This document shows positions 22,207 through 34,996 of a stretch of DNA of 64,000 bases, piece after piece. The notes under the pieces are model-generated. The model was not told the DNA's origin and ran no database searches. It saw only the letters and a list, made by a program, of their open reading frames with translations. The first letter of the stretch is position 1; each line of letters starts with the position of its first letter. The position numbers and the translations under genes are program-made. This DNA comes from Curvularia clavata (Eukaryota). Where the stretch lies: assembly GCA_023920165.1 (NCBI GenBank), contig CP089277.1, forward strand, positions 1,302,001 to 1,366,000. The letters are read 5' to 3'.

Positions 22207-24339
22207 ATGTCTCAGCAATCCGATATCACGCTTTACACTACCCAGACGCCGAATGGCATCAAGATCTCCATTACGTTGGAGGAGCTAGGGTAAGTATAAT
22301 TTTATCTTGCATGAGCACCACTTCATACTCCGCCCTTCGTCAGTTGATATGTGACCCGTTTCTTTGATTTCATCTGATATTCTCACTTTTTCGGTTTCTT
22401 CGTATGTGTTTCCTAAGTCTACGTAAACTGGAGGCTTGCACCGAACACATGTTCTGATCAATTGTACGGAGAGAAAGAAAAAAGGTACAGCGAGTGTATC
22501 AGACTAGAACGATGTGCAATCTCTGCACTTTTGAACTTTCTTGAACAACCTCAGTATCATTGCCGATCCTCGTCATAGATCTTTTCTTCAGCCCTCGAAA
22601 TTCGGATACGAAAGATGCTATGAACAATTCTTGTTCACCAGAGCCTGTCTCTATAGCGGGATTGCCCGGATTACACGTATAACATACGATTCTAAACGGA
22701 GCCCAGAAGCCCGTTTCTACGCACGACACCCGTTTTTTTTAACTATTTCTTTGTTTATTTTTCCTTCTCCATCAATTCACTCTTGGCAAGGCATTGGACC
22801 CAACAAAGCAGTCCATTATCAAGGAAAGCGACCTTAAGGTGACTGGAACGCTAACATAAGTCAGCATCCCCTACAAGGTCGAGAAAATCGACATATCCAA
22901 GAACACCCAGAAGGAAGACTGGGTAAGCACTACACGGCCTCAATAACACTCGTCTCCCTGTGACCTTCTATATGGTCTTTTATTCTAACACGACACGTAG
23001 TTTCTTGCCATCAACCCCAATGGCCGTATCCCAGCTCTTACCGACACCTTTACTGATGGCAAGCCCATCAACCTCTTCGAATCAGGAAGCATCATGCAGT
23101 ACCTAGTCGAGCGCTACGACACCGAGTACAAAATCAGCTTCCCCAAGGGAACCAGGGAGTGGTATGAGATGAACAACTGGCTGTTTTTCCAAAACGCCGG
23201 GGTTGGACCAATGCAGGGCCAAGCCAGTAAGTCGAGCGGCTTTTCATTGATTATCAATACATTTGTAAGAAGGGCCCAGCGGCTGCTCGCTACAACATGC
23301 ACCTTCTTTTTGATGATCCCTGAACCGATGTGCGTTGCGCGTCAGGCGGGTGATGAGGTGCGGCACACGTCTGCCGCCTCGGTATGTGGGGGCGATGGCG
23401 GCGGAGGAAGTTCCCAGTGAAGGCATAGGTCCTATTCCCGCCAGCCTACCCAAGCCCTGTGATCTGCGCATCTGCGGAGGACTGTCAATCAATGCAGAGA
23501 AACGAGGCGCAAGAACGTTACGGTATGACTGTGCTAACAGAGCATCGCCAACAGATCACTTCACGCGATACGCCCCCGAGCACATTGAGGTAAATAACCT
23601 TTTCCCAAACAGTTTGTCTGAAGGAACGCACCAACCCACGTTACTGACACGCTTGTGTTTCCCCGTCAAAAGTATGGTGTGAATAGGTACCAAACCGAAA
23701 CACGGCGTCTGTATTCCGTGCTTGACAAGCACCTCGCCTCAGAAAACAGGCAATACCTGTGTGGCACAAAGTGTACTATTGCAGGTGAGTTGTGCGCGTG
23801 TGCTATATGTGTTTCCCCACGTTCTACTATCAACATGGTCTTACCCTGTTCTCCCCCAACGCATAACGAAACTGTATGCCGCCATCTCGTCATCGATCAT
23901 TCGATGCCGTTGGTCCAGAAAAAAGAACAAAAAAGTAAACCCGGCTGCATTGCAAACCTTATGCGGGTGTGGCTCTGTTGCAGATGTCTGGAGAGCAATG
24001 AGCGAGTAATTCTAGAGCCCACTCCACCCCGTCCCGTCCCCCAGACAGTCACCTTGTTCCAACATACGGTCTCGCTAACCTGAAACCTTAGACATTGCTC
24101 ATTATGGCTGGGTAGCGGCTGCCGGCTGGGCAGGCGTCGACATTGACAAGTTCCCTGCTCTCAAGGCCTGGCTGGACCGCATGGAAACACGCGATGGAGT
24201 AGAGAAGGGTCGCCATGTTCCTGACCGACACACCATCAAGGAGCTTCTCAAGGACAAGGCCAAGATGGAAGAGCATGCTGCTAAGAGCCGCCAGTGGGTC
24301 CAGGCTGGCATGAAGGATGACGCAGAGAAGCAGAAGTAA
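22207..24339 (+). CDS. Glutathione S-transferase (Nu/Ure2-like), 253 aa; exons 22207-22289, 22865-22922, 23001-23226, 23555-23589, 23673-23784, 24092-24339
   Basis: YTTQTPNGIKISITLEELG, FLAINPNGRIPAL, FESGSIMQYL, WLFFQNAGVGPMQGQANHF and TIADIAHYGW. All introns are canonical, but three are unusually long. Confidence 0.93.
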
Positions 24340-27300
24340 GTAAAGCTTTCTGTTTCGAAGTGACAGTTTGACCTCAAGAGCGAGCATTCTTGATGTATCG
24401 GTGAAGATGCCATTCTGGCTTGAGCTATTAGGCTGGAGATGCTTGAGACATATTGAATGCTTGCAACTTTAGGCTTCCTGTTATTTCTGGCATGTTTTGT
24501 ATCAAGAAGTGTTTGTCGCTGTTGTACAGCACTCACTCACACACATTCAAATGCAACCTTCGTACCTTTCCTATTCAGTCCGCCAGCACCAAATGGAGAA
24601 ATAGACTCCAGAGATAGACCAGTTAGGCGTTGTCGCATCACAAGTCATGCTGACCTACCGCTTCCACGAACCAAGTTCCAGATTATAGGGTACCCTGCGT
24701 AGGCCGATTCAGAGAATCTGGAGCGAGTCGCAGACGTGCTTCTAGAGTACTCTCAGGCATATGAGCTTCTAGATCAATTTCGAAAACAAGGGTGTTTAGA
24801 TTTAGGAAAGGTGATCCGATCCGATCCGGCCTATGATGATCGTGAAACTCATCATGAAGACAAGTATCACGGGTGAGTACGGATGAGTACAGATATAGTG
24901 GATGGACGTTTCACTTTGTCGCGATGCCGAAAGAGGGTTGCGAAAAGACCCACCCTGTCTATATTGGGCGTAGGCTTGCGAGATTACCGAGGAAGCTGGT
25001 GTGAATGAAGAAACGAGATTCGGTACTAGTAGGAGATGGTCAGAATGGTGGTTTACCATAGCGTTGCGTGATTCATTGCATGTCAGGGGTAACATAAGCA
25101 TCCTTGCTACTGGCTGTTCAGATTATGCAGCAAGGATGACCAGCCAAAGATATCACGCTATGTCGGCACGATGCTAGTTCCCAGGTAAGCTGGCTTCGCA
25201 GCTATGATGGGTGCAAGTAACGCCGCAAACCAGCTCGTATATCGCCGCAGACGTGCCGAATTTTGTCCACGTTGACGCCTCATTTGTATGAAACGGCTCT
25301 AGGGTGGTGGCAGGCGTTTCGCTGTGTCTAGGGAACAGGATCGCCAAGCTGGACAGGCGGATGCTTGTGCGGGACCATGTTGGGTGGGCTTTCCCACTTC
25401 ACGAAGCTGACATTCGAATGAAGGGCGGGGATATTCGGTCGGAACCGCAAAGTTTAACTCGACTTTGTAAATGAGAAGGAAAATAAAATAGAATAGAAAT
25501 CATCTGAACAGTCGTAGGCCGCTGAGCCATGAGCAGCCTCTGACATGTTTGACAACGAGACAAGAAGACGGCGTGTTTTCAGCCCAGGGACGCTCAGAGC
25601 ACCTGCATCATAACCCATATTGGACTATGCATCTCATCAGCAGGGCAGGTTGGGGTTGTGTCGAGTCACAAGTGGGTGAGACCCCCCTTCCCCTCCTTCG
25701 CTCCATCAAACGACTTGTTCTTCGTCGAGCTGGCGTCAACTTACATTTGTCAGTCGCCATCCACACCACCTATAGCAAACCCCTACCCCAGGTCAATATT
25801 TTCCCCCGCATTAATTGTCGATGATGCATGATCGCGAGCCGCCCATGCGACTCGGCGCCAACAACAACTCAGGATTCGCTGGATGCGCTCCCGTCTAAGC
25901 CTCGACGGCGGGTCTGGGGGATCTTGGTTCCCAGCCGTGAGGGTGTCGAGCCGTAGCAGTTGAACTACGGCTATTTTGCGATCGCACAGCCGCAGCGGTA
26001 CGCGGCATCCACTCCGCCAATAATGTTCGTGCTTAATCAGCCTCGATGGCAACGGCTAATACTGTACTAGTGAAATCAAAAATGGGTGGGAGTTGAAATG
26101 ATGATCCAAGAGGATGACAAGGCAAACAGGCCTCCTAGCCACAAGTTCTGTAGCACGGGCTTCATCCACTGATCCGAAAACCGAAGCTGACGCTTGCCCC
26201 TCGCACCCACACCCAAGATCCTGGTGCGGATTCGTGTTCCCGGGTTTCACTGGTGGGAGAATCTGGGGTGCATGGAAGAAAGCAAGACACGACATGCACA
26301 GCGGTGGCGGCATCTGACGAGTGGCTTCGCGCGCCTGGTTTGAATGCATTGCTAGGCTGGTACCGAGACATGGCTGAAGTACATTTTCTTCTATCGTCGT
26401 TCGTCAGTGGCTCATGGTTTGGACCCTTAATATAGGTAGTAGGTATAGCGCGACTGTAAGCCCTGTCGATTTCAAATTGAGTACAGGCATTTTCAGCACA
26501 GTGGGAACACTTCTTCTCATATTTCCCCTCTTGGAACCGCACGGCGCAGAGCAGCCTTGTACGGGCCTAGGCGGTGAGCGGCCAGGTAATCTACAGGGAG
26601 CGAAGCATGCCGTTCTTCGCCCTCCAACCAATACAGCAGATCATGGGCAAGCTGTAGGCCAAGTATTGGAATGTGTGGAGAAGCAGTAGCCTTGGTGGCA
26701 AGAATTCTATCAGCGACATGTGCCATGTTTGGAGACGTGTGAATGGGCCATAGACTCTTTTTCCAAGGGGATCCTGCCACCCTGACTACAATCAGAGATA
26801 GAGCGGCCAGAAACAAGGCCAGGTCTAATACGCTGGACACGGTATCGCTTACATGCAGGAAGCTGATCTGGGTCACAGTTCTTAGACCCAAGTGTGGAGG
26901 TACGGCCGTTGTGCATACTACAGGACTTGCTGTGCATGCCCCTCCCCTCGTGCAAAAGCGGGTGGTCGACGTGTTGCGCAGCCTCCATGCTAGTAGTAGC
27001 GATTCGGAATCTTTCACAAAGAAGTAATTTCAGCGTTTAGCGGCCAAGTCGGCCGGACACTTTCTCGTCCCTGTATGTAGCAGCCAGGACCGCACGAGCT
27101 AGTTCAACGGCCCGGCGATTGCACTCTCATCTCCACGCACCGAGTCGTTGCGTGTGACCGCGAGATTAGACAGAAATTGCGGCGATCAAAGCACGGAGCC
27201 ATGAGAAGAAGGACATGCCTTTGCTTTCGGCGAGGGGTCTTGTCTTGGTAGAGGAGTGTTGGATGGATGACGCTAACATGTGGCTGAAACAGCAGCGTGA

Positions 27301-29029
27301 TGATTTTTTGGCGATACCATAAGTCGAGAAATGAGACTTTGGCTCCAGATGACGGTATTGGAAGACTCCGAAGCGATTTTGTACCTGAGGGGAGCGCACG
27401 AGAATACCGGACTGCACCCTCTGCCGTGGTGACAAGTTAGAAGTGGGCCCGGCTGTGCTGCTATGCTGCAGTGGTGCAGATCCACTGCGACGCACTGCAG
27501 ACGGCCAGCCAGCAGTTGGACCGTTCACGTTTGGGTGCGCGGGCATGGTACGTTTACGGCCAGTATGCGGTGTTCCACATGTAGACGAGATACGGTGACG
27601 TTGGGCTGACCACATGCCGGAGTCGGGTTTGCAGGCATCCTGGGCTCGCTTAGGAACCCAGAAACCCGCCTCGGCTTCCCCTGCAGGGCGGGAGCAAGCT
27701 GTCGTGCTGGACAGAGGGTGAGCAGTACGTACAGGACAACTAGAGTCCCGGCAACTCTTTGTTGTGACGCTCGCCGCCGCCCGGCTGCCGCTGGCGTGTG
27801 CTGTAGGTACTCTACTCGAGTTAGCAGGAGGTCCACGTCGGCAAACTAGCAGAGGACGATGTGGGTACTGTCGAGTATAAGCATGCTCTTGGGTCGAGGC
27901 CTTTGCCCGGACGCCTTGGCGGTGGATTGGGGGACAGATGGCCGCCCATTGGTGGCCGCTGCAAGACTTGCAACGCCTCCCACGAGGAGTTCGCCGTCGG
28001 CACTGGGTTTCATGTGCCATAACAGCGTGCATATGTTGACGTCCTGACGTCTGCTCCTGGCCGGAGAACAGGTATACCAGCAGAGCCGTGAAACGAGCCA
28101 ATCTGCTGCGTTTCAGCAACTGGTAGTATAGCAGAGGGCCATGGCCAATGGAGCGCCGACCGCCATGGGCCGAATGTGCTATAGCAGTCGAGCGTTATTG
28201 ATACCTCCGACGCTGCTGTTGCGCAACAGCGCCGCGGGAGCGTTGGGGTCGTGGTCAGGCGCTACAAGCCACAACCTGGAGAAGGTCCCAGGAACATATT
28301 GATGGACGGTGCGGGCAGGGATTGGCGGGAAGCTGACGTGCGGTGAGTACAACGACAGCGCTAGGCGCGAACTGCCAGCAGCCCCGCTTTGCTGTCGACG
28401 TAGATGTGCCACCGGTTAATCTCGTTTTAACCGTCCCAATGGCGCGCTTTCACACGGGCAACGGTCCCCTGACGACTCGATCCTGATGCTTGCCACGAGT
28501 TGCCCCAGAGCCTGGTTGCCGTAGCCAATGGGTCGTAGCTCTCATCCGTGCATGCATACTGGAATTAAACATTCCGTCTCATGATATTGCTCTCGAGTTG
28601 ATCTCGCTTCTCGAAGCCCGCGTGGACGCATGGAATCTTCAAGCCACAGATCGTCACACTGACCCTGGAAAATCGTCTTTGCAGCCTAGGACCTTGTGTA
28701 GTCTGGCTGTATCCTCGGCACCTAATAGCTCTCTCGGAGGCCCACATATGCTCCCCAAGTATCGCATGACCCGTGGTCGTCCCCAGATTTCCGGCTGCCG
28801 ATTCCTTCGTCCTCAAGTACTCCCTAACGACGTCACCCGCGTGCACAAACTGTTCCTCCTCTTCTAACCATACTACATCTCGACTTGGGTCGCCACCTCG
28901 GACTAAACAAGTACGTCAGCATCAGGCAGGCCGAGGGAGAGAGGAGAGCGTCCGAGTGCTGATCAGCCATCCAGAAACAAAGGCGGCCACCTGGAGTCAC
29001 AACAGTCAATTTGATTGACAAGCCCAAAC

Positions 29030-31955
29030 ATGGAGTCCACAACATCAGATACAGTCAAGATGGAGCGCCGAGGCTCAGCACCAGTCAAGCGCAGAGTAAG
29101 CCGGGCATGCGACCATTGCCACCGAATGCGTACAAGGTGTAATGGACAGGCTCCGTGTTCGCGTTGTATAGAACTTGAATACGTTTGCCAGTACAACCGT
29201 GAAAAGAAACGACGAGGAAAAGTAAGCATACATTCTTACCTTTCTATGCTTGCCGATCAACAGCGCGTCATGCCGTGGATGCATTACGGTTACCCTGATG
29301 CGTTCAGCAGCTGACAGTTCCTAGGTTCCGCGACACATTCAAAAGCAAAGAGAAGAAGCGGCTGCCGGCGCAGGTGCCGGTAGTGGTACAGGTGCAGCTG
29401 GTGGCGGTGGCGGCAGTCCACAGACTCCTAACGGAATGAATGGCTACTTCGAAAGACCCAACGTTATGAACGAGATGGAAGAGGATGTGTGGTCACAATC
29501 CGAGGCGACGCCCGTTGTACAGCATTTCCCAGCCAGCAAGCCTGCTCTACCCACAGGTGATTGGCAAGCTTTGAACCCTGGCGCGACTTTCGATCCTCCC
29601 GTTAACCATATGATGATCGATCCATTGCTCCTTGGATCCAATGCTGCTTACCCGCCAATGCACGCCGAAATGCCGCGTGAAGAGCTCATGTATGCCATGA
29701 ACGGTAAGTCAGATGAAGAAGCCTCGAGTTCTCTGTACATGATAGAGATTGTTCACCCATCCCCAACCATATGCGAATTATTCCGCGGGTTAGCAAGAGA
29801 CGCGTTGGCTCGTGGGACTTACTGACAGATAGCAGGCATGCATCTCATTCCCGGTTCAAACGGAACACCTGTATCGATTCCCACGGAATATGCCAACATG
29901 GCTTATCAAATGCACTACCAACAAGCTGCACGACAATCCTCACCCCACAGCTACGGCTCTGCAGACACCGGATCGCCGCAATCAGGAGTTAGCGCCAACT
30001 CTTCGCAGAACAGCGGTCCCATGCTTTCTTGCAGATACCCTGTTCTGAAGCCATTGATACCCCATCTTGGAGGTATCATGAACATCCCGACCGCCTGCGA
30101 TCTTCTGGAATTCTATTTCCAGAGTTCTTCGTCCGTTTTCATGGAGCCCGTTTCACCATATATTCTAGGATCAGTCTTCCGGAAACGAAGTTTTTTGCGA
30201 CAGCATAATCCAAGGCGATGCAGTCCAGCCCTCCTGGCCAGTATGCTTTGGGTAGCCGCTCAAACGAGCGAAGCAAGTTATCTCACATCCTCACCTTCGG
30301 CAAGAGCTATCATCAGCCAAAAACTCTGGAAGTTGACCGTGGATCTGTTGAAACCCCTCGTCCATTCTCCTGCCTCACATGGTTTTACCCCTGGACCTGG
30401 CATTACATCTGCTGCTCATGACGCTTTTGGCGTTGATCGGGTTATTGGGCGGTACGATGGAAGACCGGACGGAGCAATGCCTCCCACAAGTACGCTAGAC
30501 GATGTTGCTACATATATCAACCTTGGAGTGGTTACTTCAGCAAGCGAGTACAAGGCAGCCTCTTTAAGATGGTGGAATGCGGCATGGTCGCTGGCTAGGG
30601 AGTTGAAGTTGGGCAGGGAGTTGTCTCAAAAGCCGCCCAAAGAGCACGAAGGAAGTGCAACTGACGGCGAGGTCGATGTTGGTGTTCCGGATGGCCCCGG
30701 TGCTCAAGCGCCCGCGGGCACACCAGCTGCAGCCATCATTGAGGAAATGAAAGAAGAGAGGCGCCGGTTGTGGTGGTTGCTTTACATGGTTGATCGGCAT
30801 CTGGGACTCTGCTACAATCGCCCGCTGGCCATGCTGGACAACGAGTGCGAAGATCTACTTCAGCCGGTTCCAGATACTCTTTGGCAGCAAGGCGAATTCT
30901 ACACTGGACATGCAGGACCACGAAAGCGAGGTCTCAACTTCCAATGCACATCGTATGTATAACGTCCTTTTCCGAGATTTAAAATTTAGATCTCGGGAAA
31001 CCCCCTCGTGATAATGTGAACATTGCTAACTATGACGCAGGCATGATGTGTTTGGCTTCTTCCTGCCACTGATGACTATCCTTGGCGATATTGTAGATCT
31101 GAATGCACAGAAGAACCACCCCAGATTTGGCCAGAGGTCGTCTTGGGAACTTCACGAAGCGGAGATTACTCGACAGTTAGAACGATATGCGTACAGTATC
31201 GAAGAGTTCAAGGCGCAATACGGCTGTGGTCCAAACGAGGAGGCACAAACGAATACCGCACCAGATCCAGTTCGAGCCGAGTGGATTCACCAAACCAAGA
31301 AGGTTGCTGCATATGCTACCCATATTATGCATGTGCTTCATATACTATTGCACGGCAAATGGGATCCAGTAGCACTTCTGGAAGACGACAACATGTGGGT
31401 GTGCTCGCAGTCGTTCCTTGCAGCGACATCGAACGCCATTACAGCTGCACATGCAGTTGACGTAATTCTGGATGTGGATCCAGACCTGTCTTTTATGCCC
31501 TACTTGTTCGGCATGGTAAGTAAAAGATTTCACGTTACTTGGGTGAACTAGGACAAGTTCCGAGTTACCCAGCTTCCATTTTGAGTAAATTGTTTCCAGA
31601 AAAGCCAGCTAACCATCACGCAGTATCTGCTCCAAGGAAGCCTTATCCTGCTCCTTTTGGCCGACAAGCTATCGACTGAGACCAATGACAATGTAATTCG
31701 AGCGTGTGAAACCATTGTACGAGCCCATGAAGCGGCTGTCGTGACGCTCAACACAGAATATCAGGTAAGCCATTCGTAATTCGAGTTTTTGTGAGAGGTA
31801 CTAACTACCGACAGCGTAACTTCCGGAAAGTTATGATATCGACACTGGCGCAGATCAAGGGCCACGGGCATGCGAGGGAGATGACGCCAGCGAAACGGAG
31901 AGAGGTGCTATCCTTGTATCGGTGGACAAGCCTGGGTAACGGTTTAGCGATATAG
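29030..31955 (+). CDS. XlnR-family Zn2Cys6 transcription factor (divergent paralogue), ~814 aa; exons 29030-29221, 29325-29703, 29836-30952, 31041-31515, 31624-31764, 31815-31955
   Basis: Zn cluster [31 protein letters not shown]. XlnR-like blocks [80 protein letters not shown] and LYRW. Probable 5'-UTR intron 28911-28974. Confidence 0.9.
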
Positions 31956-32929
31956 ATATGGGGTTGGGATATTTCGGATTCATGGAGCAAGTGAATTTCA
32001 GGCGTCAGGAAACAACTGAAAAAGGGTTTGGTTAGCTGAAACATGCAGCCCAGGGACTTGTACGATTATGACTTTTGGGTATTTGTGTGGTTGACGATGG
32101 TACGGAAAAGGCGGATCGCTTCGCTATGACTGGATTGATACAGAGATTCTTGGTTCAATAATGTTTCTTGGGCAATTTGCTTTTGATAATAGCGCAATAA
32201 AAGCCCACGGTATTTCAACTTCTCGCACTTTGCACCGTTTTCCTCGATGCCCTCTTCTTTGCTGTAGTGTTTCAATACGACAGTGCAAGGCGCTAATGGG
32301 CGAGACTCTGGCTGTTGCCCCAGATGTGCGCAGAGCGGGTCTGAGTACGTTTGGGGCATATGGAGACACGTCCTAGGCCATGCATGAGTCGAGCTTGGAG
32401 CTGTGGGGGCGACTTGGAGATGCTAGCGTATTCGGCGCAGCTTCCGCATTCGGTGGTTGCGCCGACAAAGTATCCGGCCAAAGGTAACTTCGTCTGTTGA
32501 CTGAGGGGCGGCCGGCCAAGGGGCCGATGTCACGGTAGATGGGTTGACCGTCTCTGGACTGGACCGAACTGGGTGTCGAGAAAGTTTGTGACGTGGGAAG
32601 AAGCTAGTGGGAGTTGCCGGGCAAAGCACTGGAGAAGGAAGGTATTACCCATAGTTTCTCGCTGTGTCGGTCACGTGATACCAAGCTATGTATAGTCTCA
32701 AGCACGACATCAATTCCGACTGGTCATATATCGATACACTAAAGGCCACTATAAGGAGAATTGAGCCATAGAGAGACAATGGGCTAAACATGAAAGTAGG
32801 AAGACAAACAAGGATATCTATTTTGAGATCGCTACGTACAGCAGTGGAAGCTGTGTAAATGGATTCAGGTACTTTTTCCCCCCAAATACCAGCAGACAAA
32901 GGGTGTGAAACAATACTCCAGCACAAAAT

Positions 32930-33913
32930 CTATAGACTGTTCTCCACATCCATGACCTCCTTGATTCCCTGTGCAACCGCATCGACCTTCTCTTGTGGTA
33001 GCCTCTTGAGTGGCTTGCGAGGGTAGCCCCCATAGCCGTAATATGACTGAATGGCTGACTTGGTTCCGGGGATAGCCGACTTTGTCAAGACCCAATCACC
33101 CTTACTCAGAATCTTTTGCAGCTCAAACGCTTCGTCGTACTTGCCCTCTGCCCAAAGATTCCACACTTTGACACAGGTTTTGGGAACGACGTTGGCACCA
33201 CCAGCAATGATACCTGAGCCACCGCTAGCAGCCGTTTGAGCGGTAAAGTCAGCCATACCGCCAAAAGCCATGTAATTGCCAGCATTGTTCTTGGCCGTAC
33301 AAGCGTTGGTGGCAAGGGCTACACGGGTGAGCTTGCCCGTGTTACCGCATGTAAACTTGGTACCAACAATGTTGGGGTGCTTGGCCAGCTTAATTAGAAG
33401 ATCGCTATCCATGTCGATGCCTGCAACAGCGCCGGGGTAGTTGTACAGAATAAGGGGAAGTGGAGATCCGTCTGCAACCTTGGTAAAGTACTCGTAGAGG
33501 GCGTCCTCGTCTATAGCGTAGCGGTAGTAGCTGGGAGGGAGGATGAGGACATACTCGCCACCAGCAGCCTCAGCCTCCTTGCAAAGCTCGATAGTGAGCT
33601 GGATGCCATGTTCAGAAGCGCCTACAATAACGGGGACATTTTGGTAGCCAGCCTCGTCAAGAGCCTCACGGGTTGCTCGTGTGACTGCCGCCTTCTCGGC
33701 TCGTGATAGGTGCACAGCCTCTCCATTCGATCCCATGGTGACAAGACCCACGAGACCGGCTTCGGCAAGCCTTACTGCATGCTTCTTGATAACAGGGATG
33801 TCTAGCTCCTCGGTTTCTGGGTTAAAGAAAGTCATGGTAGGCGAGTAGATGCCTGGTCGGAGAGGTGTGCGTTGCTTGCTGTGGCCATTGGAGCTGGTAC
33901 CATTGGACGCCAT
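32930..33913 (-). CDS. gaaC: L-threo-3-deoxy-hexulosonate (2-keto-3-deoxy-L-galactonate) aldolase, DHDPS family, 327 aa
   Basis: TPLRPGIYSPTMTFF, MGSNGEAVHL, YNYPGAVAGIDMDSDL and Schiff-base GTKFTC closely match remembered Aspergillus GaaC. Head-to-head with gaaA, as is typical. Confidence 0.92.
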   Translation of the reverse strand: MASNGTSSNGHSKQRTPLRPGIYSPTMTFFNPETEELDIPVIKKHAVRLAEAGLVGLVTMGSNGEAVHLSRAEKAAVTRATREALDEAGYQNVPVIVGASEHGIQLTIELCKEAEAAGGEYVLILPPSYYRYAIDEDALYEYFTKVADGSPLPLILYNYPGAVAGIDMDSDLLIKLAKHPNIVGTKFTCGNTGKLTRVALATNACTAKNNAGNYMAFGGMADFTAQTAASGGSGIIAGGANVVPKTCVKVWNLWAEGKYDEAFELQKILSKGDWVLTKSAIPGTKSAIQSYYGYGGYPRKPLKRLPQEKVDAVAQGIKEVMDVENSL

Positions 33914-34421
33914 GATTGGAGGGCAAAGTCAAGTTGAGATGAAGGCAGACTAAGAGGGTATAAATGTGTATTTGGATCTGGGAGGAAAGAGTAAGAGAGA
34001 AACGAAGACTGGTTACAAGTTTTGGGTGAGTAAAAGGCAGCGAGCAGCAATACAGTGGGCACGGATTCGGCCAGCTTTAATAGAAACGCAAGATGGAGAC
34101 AGTCGGCGCAATAAAGGTGGGAGAGACCATGTGCGGCAGAGCCTAATCGTGGTGCCGTTGTTAAGATCTCATGGATTGCGCGTCCTTCATTCGCCCAAGG
34201 CGACGACAGCGACGGCCTCCGGGGACAGGCCTGTGGGCCATCTGACGATTTCGGGCTACATGAGCGCGAAGGGCGGGAATAGAATGCGGGCATTTGTATA
34301 GTAGTGACTAACTCGGCGGCCGTCAGATGGGACATTTCTGCAAGCGAAAGCAAGGTGGCTTGTCAAAACACTGTGACGCCGTCCAGCGCCGTGTGGTCTT
34401 CAGACGCCCTGCCCATGTTCT

Positions 34422-34430
34422 TCCACCAAT
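34422..34430 (+). promoter_or_regulatory. Galacturonic-acid-responsive element (GARE, TCCNCCAAT) in the gaaC/gaaA bidirectional promoter
   Basis: Exact TCCACCAAT near the middle of the 1.08-kb divergent spacer. It matches the GaaR-dependent element known from Aspergillus and Botrytis. Confidence 0.75.
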
Positions 34431-34996
34431 CAGCGAGCCGCCGTGGACGTGGGGGGCTTCGAGTTCCATAGCGGCTTGGCACTGGGGAAGGTTTGTGAGC
34501 CCCACCCGCCGCATTGCTGGTATATACTCTAGCACTCTGGGTACCGAGTACATGCACCCATCCCCTCTGCTGATGCTCTCAATCACTGGCCAGTACAAGG
34601 CCGGAAGCATGGCACGCACTGGAGCATTCCGCGGTGCGTACGTACCCAGCAACATGGCGCAACACGGCGTAGCACTGCCGTTGGCCGTGACCGTCTCCAT
34701 ATATGTACGAACAACAAATAGCTCCAACTAAACGTCATCCGGCCGCGGCTGCCGGCAGAACACACACGCGCCCCTCGTGCCCCTCAATCGCGGTGGTGGG
34801 CGATATATCTTCCGGCTTTGTCAAGCGTTCAAACGCCGACGACGCCATCAGTCGGGTATTGCTCAAGGCGTTCCCTTCAAATTAAGCCCTCAGCTAGCCC
34901 TGCTTCCTACTTGAATCCTTGAACGTACTCAACTGCCTGACGGCCCTCCCCCATTTTTTCTGCCTGTTTGTTCCTCTGCGTGAAAATATATCCATC

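Noticed and set aside
23400..23420. GAGGAAGTTCCC in GST intron 3 as RNase MRP/P conserved region I
   Set aside because: No matching CR-V partner strand was found downstream.
27166..28119. 317-aa minus-strand ORF and other short ORFs at 24.4-29 kb, 48-51 kb and 55-56 kb
   Set aside because: Non-ATG or poor starts, Arg/Ser/Pro-rich low-information translations and no family motifs; typical GC-rich promoter artefacts.
33915..33923. Second GARE-like CCCTCCAAT next to the gaaC start codon
   Set aside because: It lies in the 5' UTR immediately before the ATG, downstream of the likely core promoter, so it is probably not functional.
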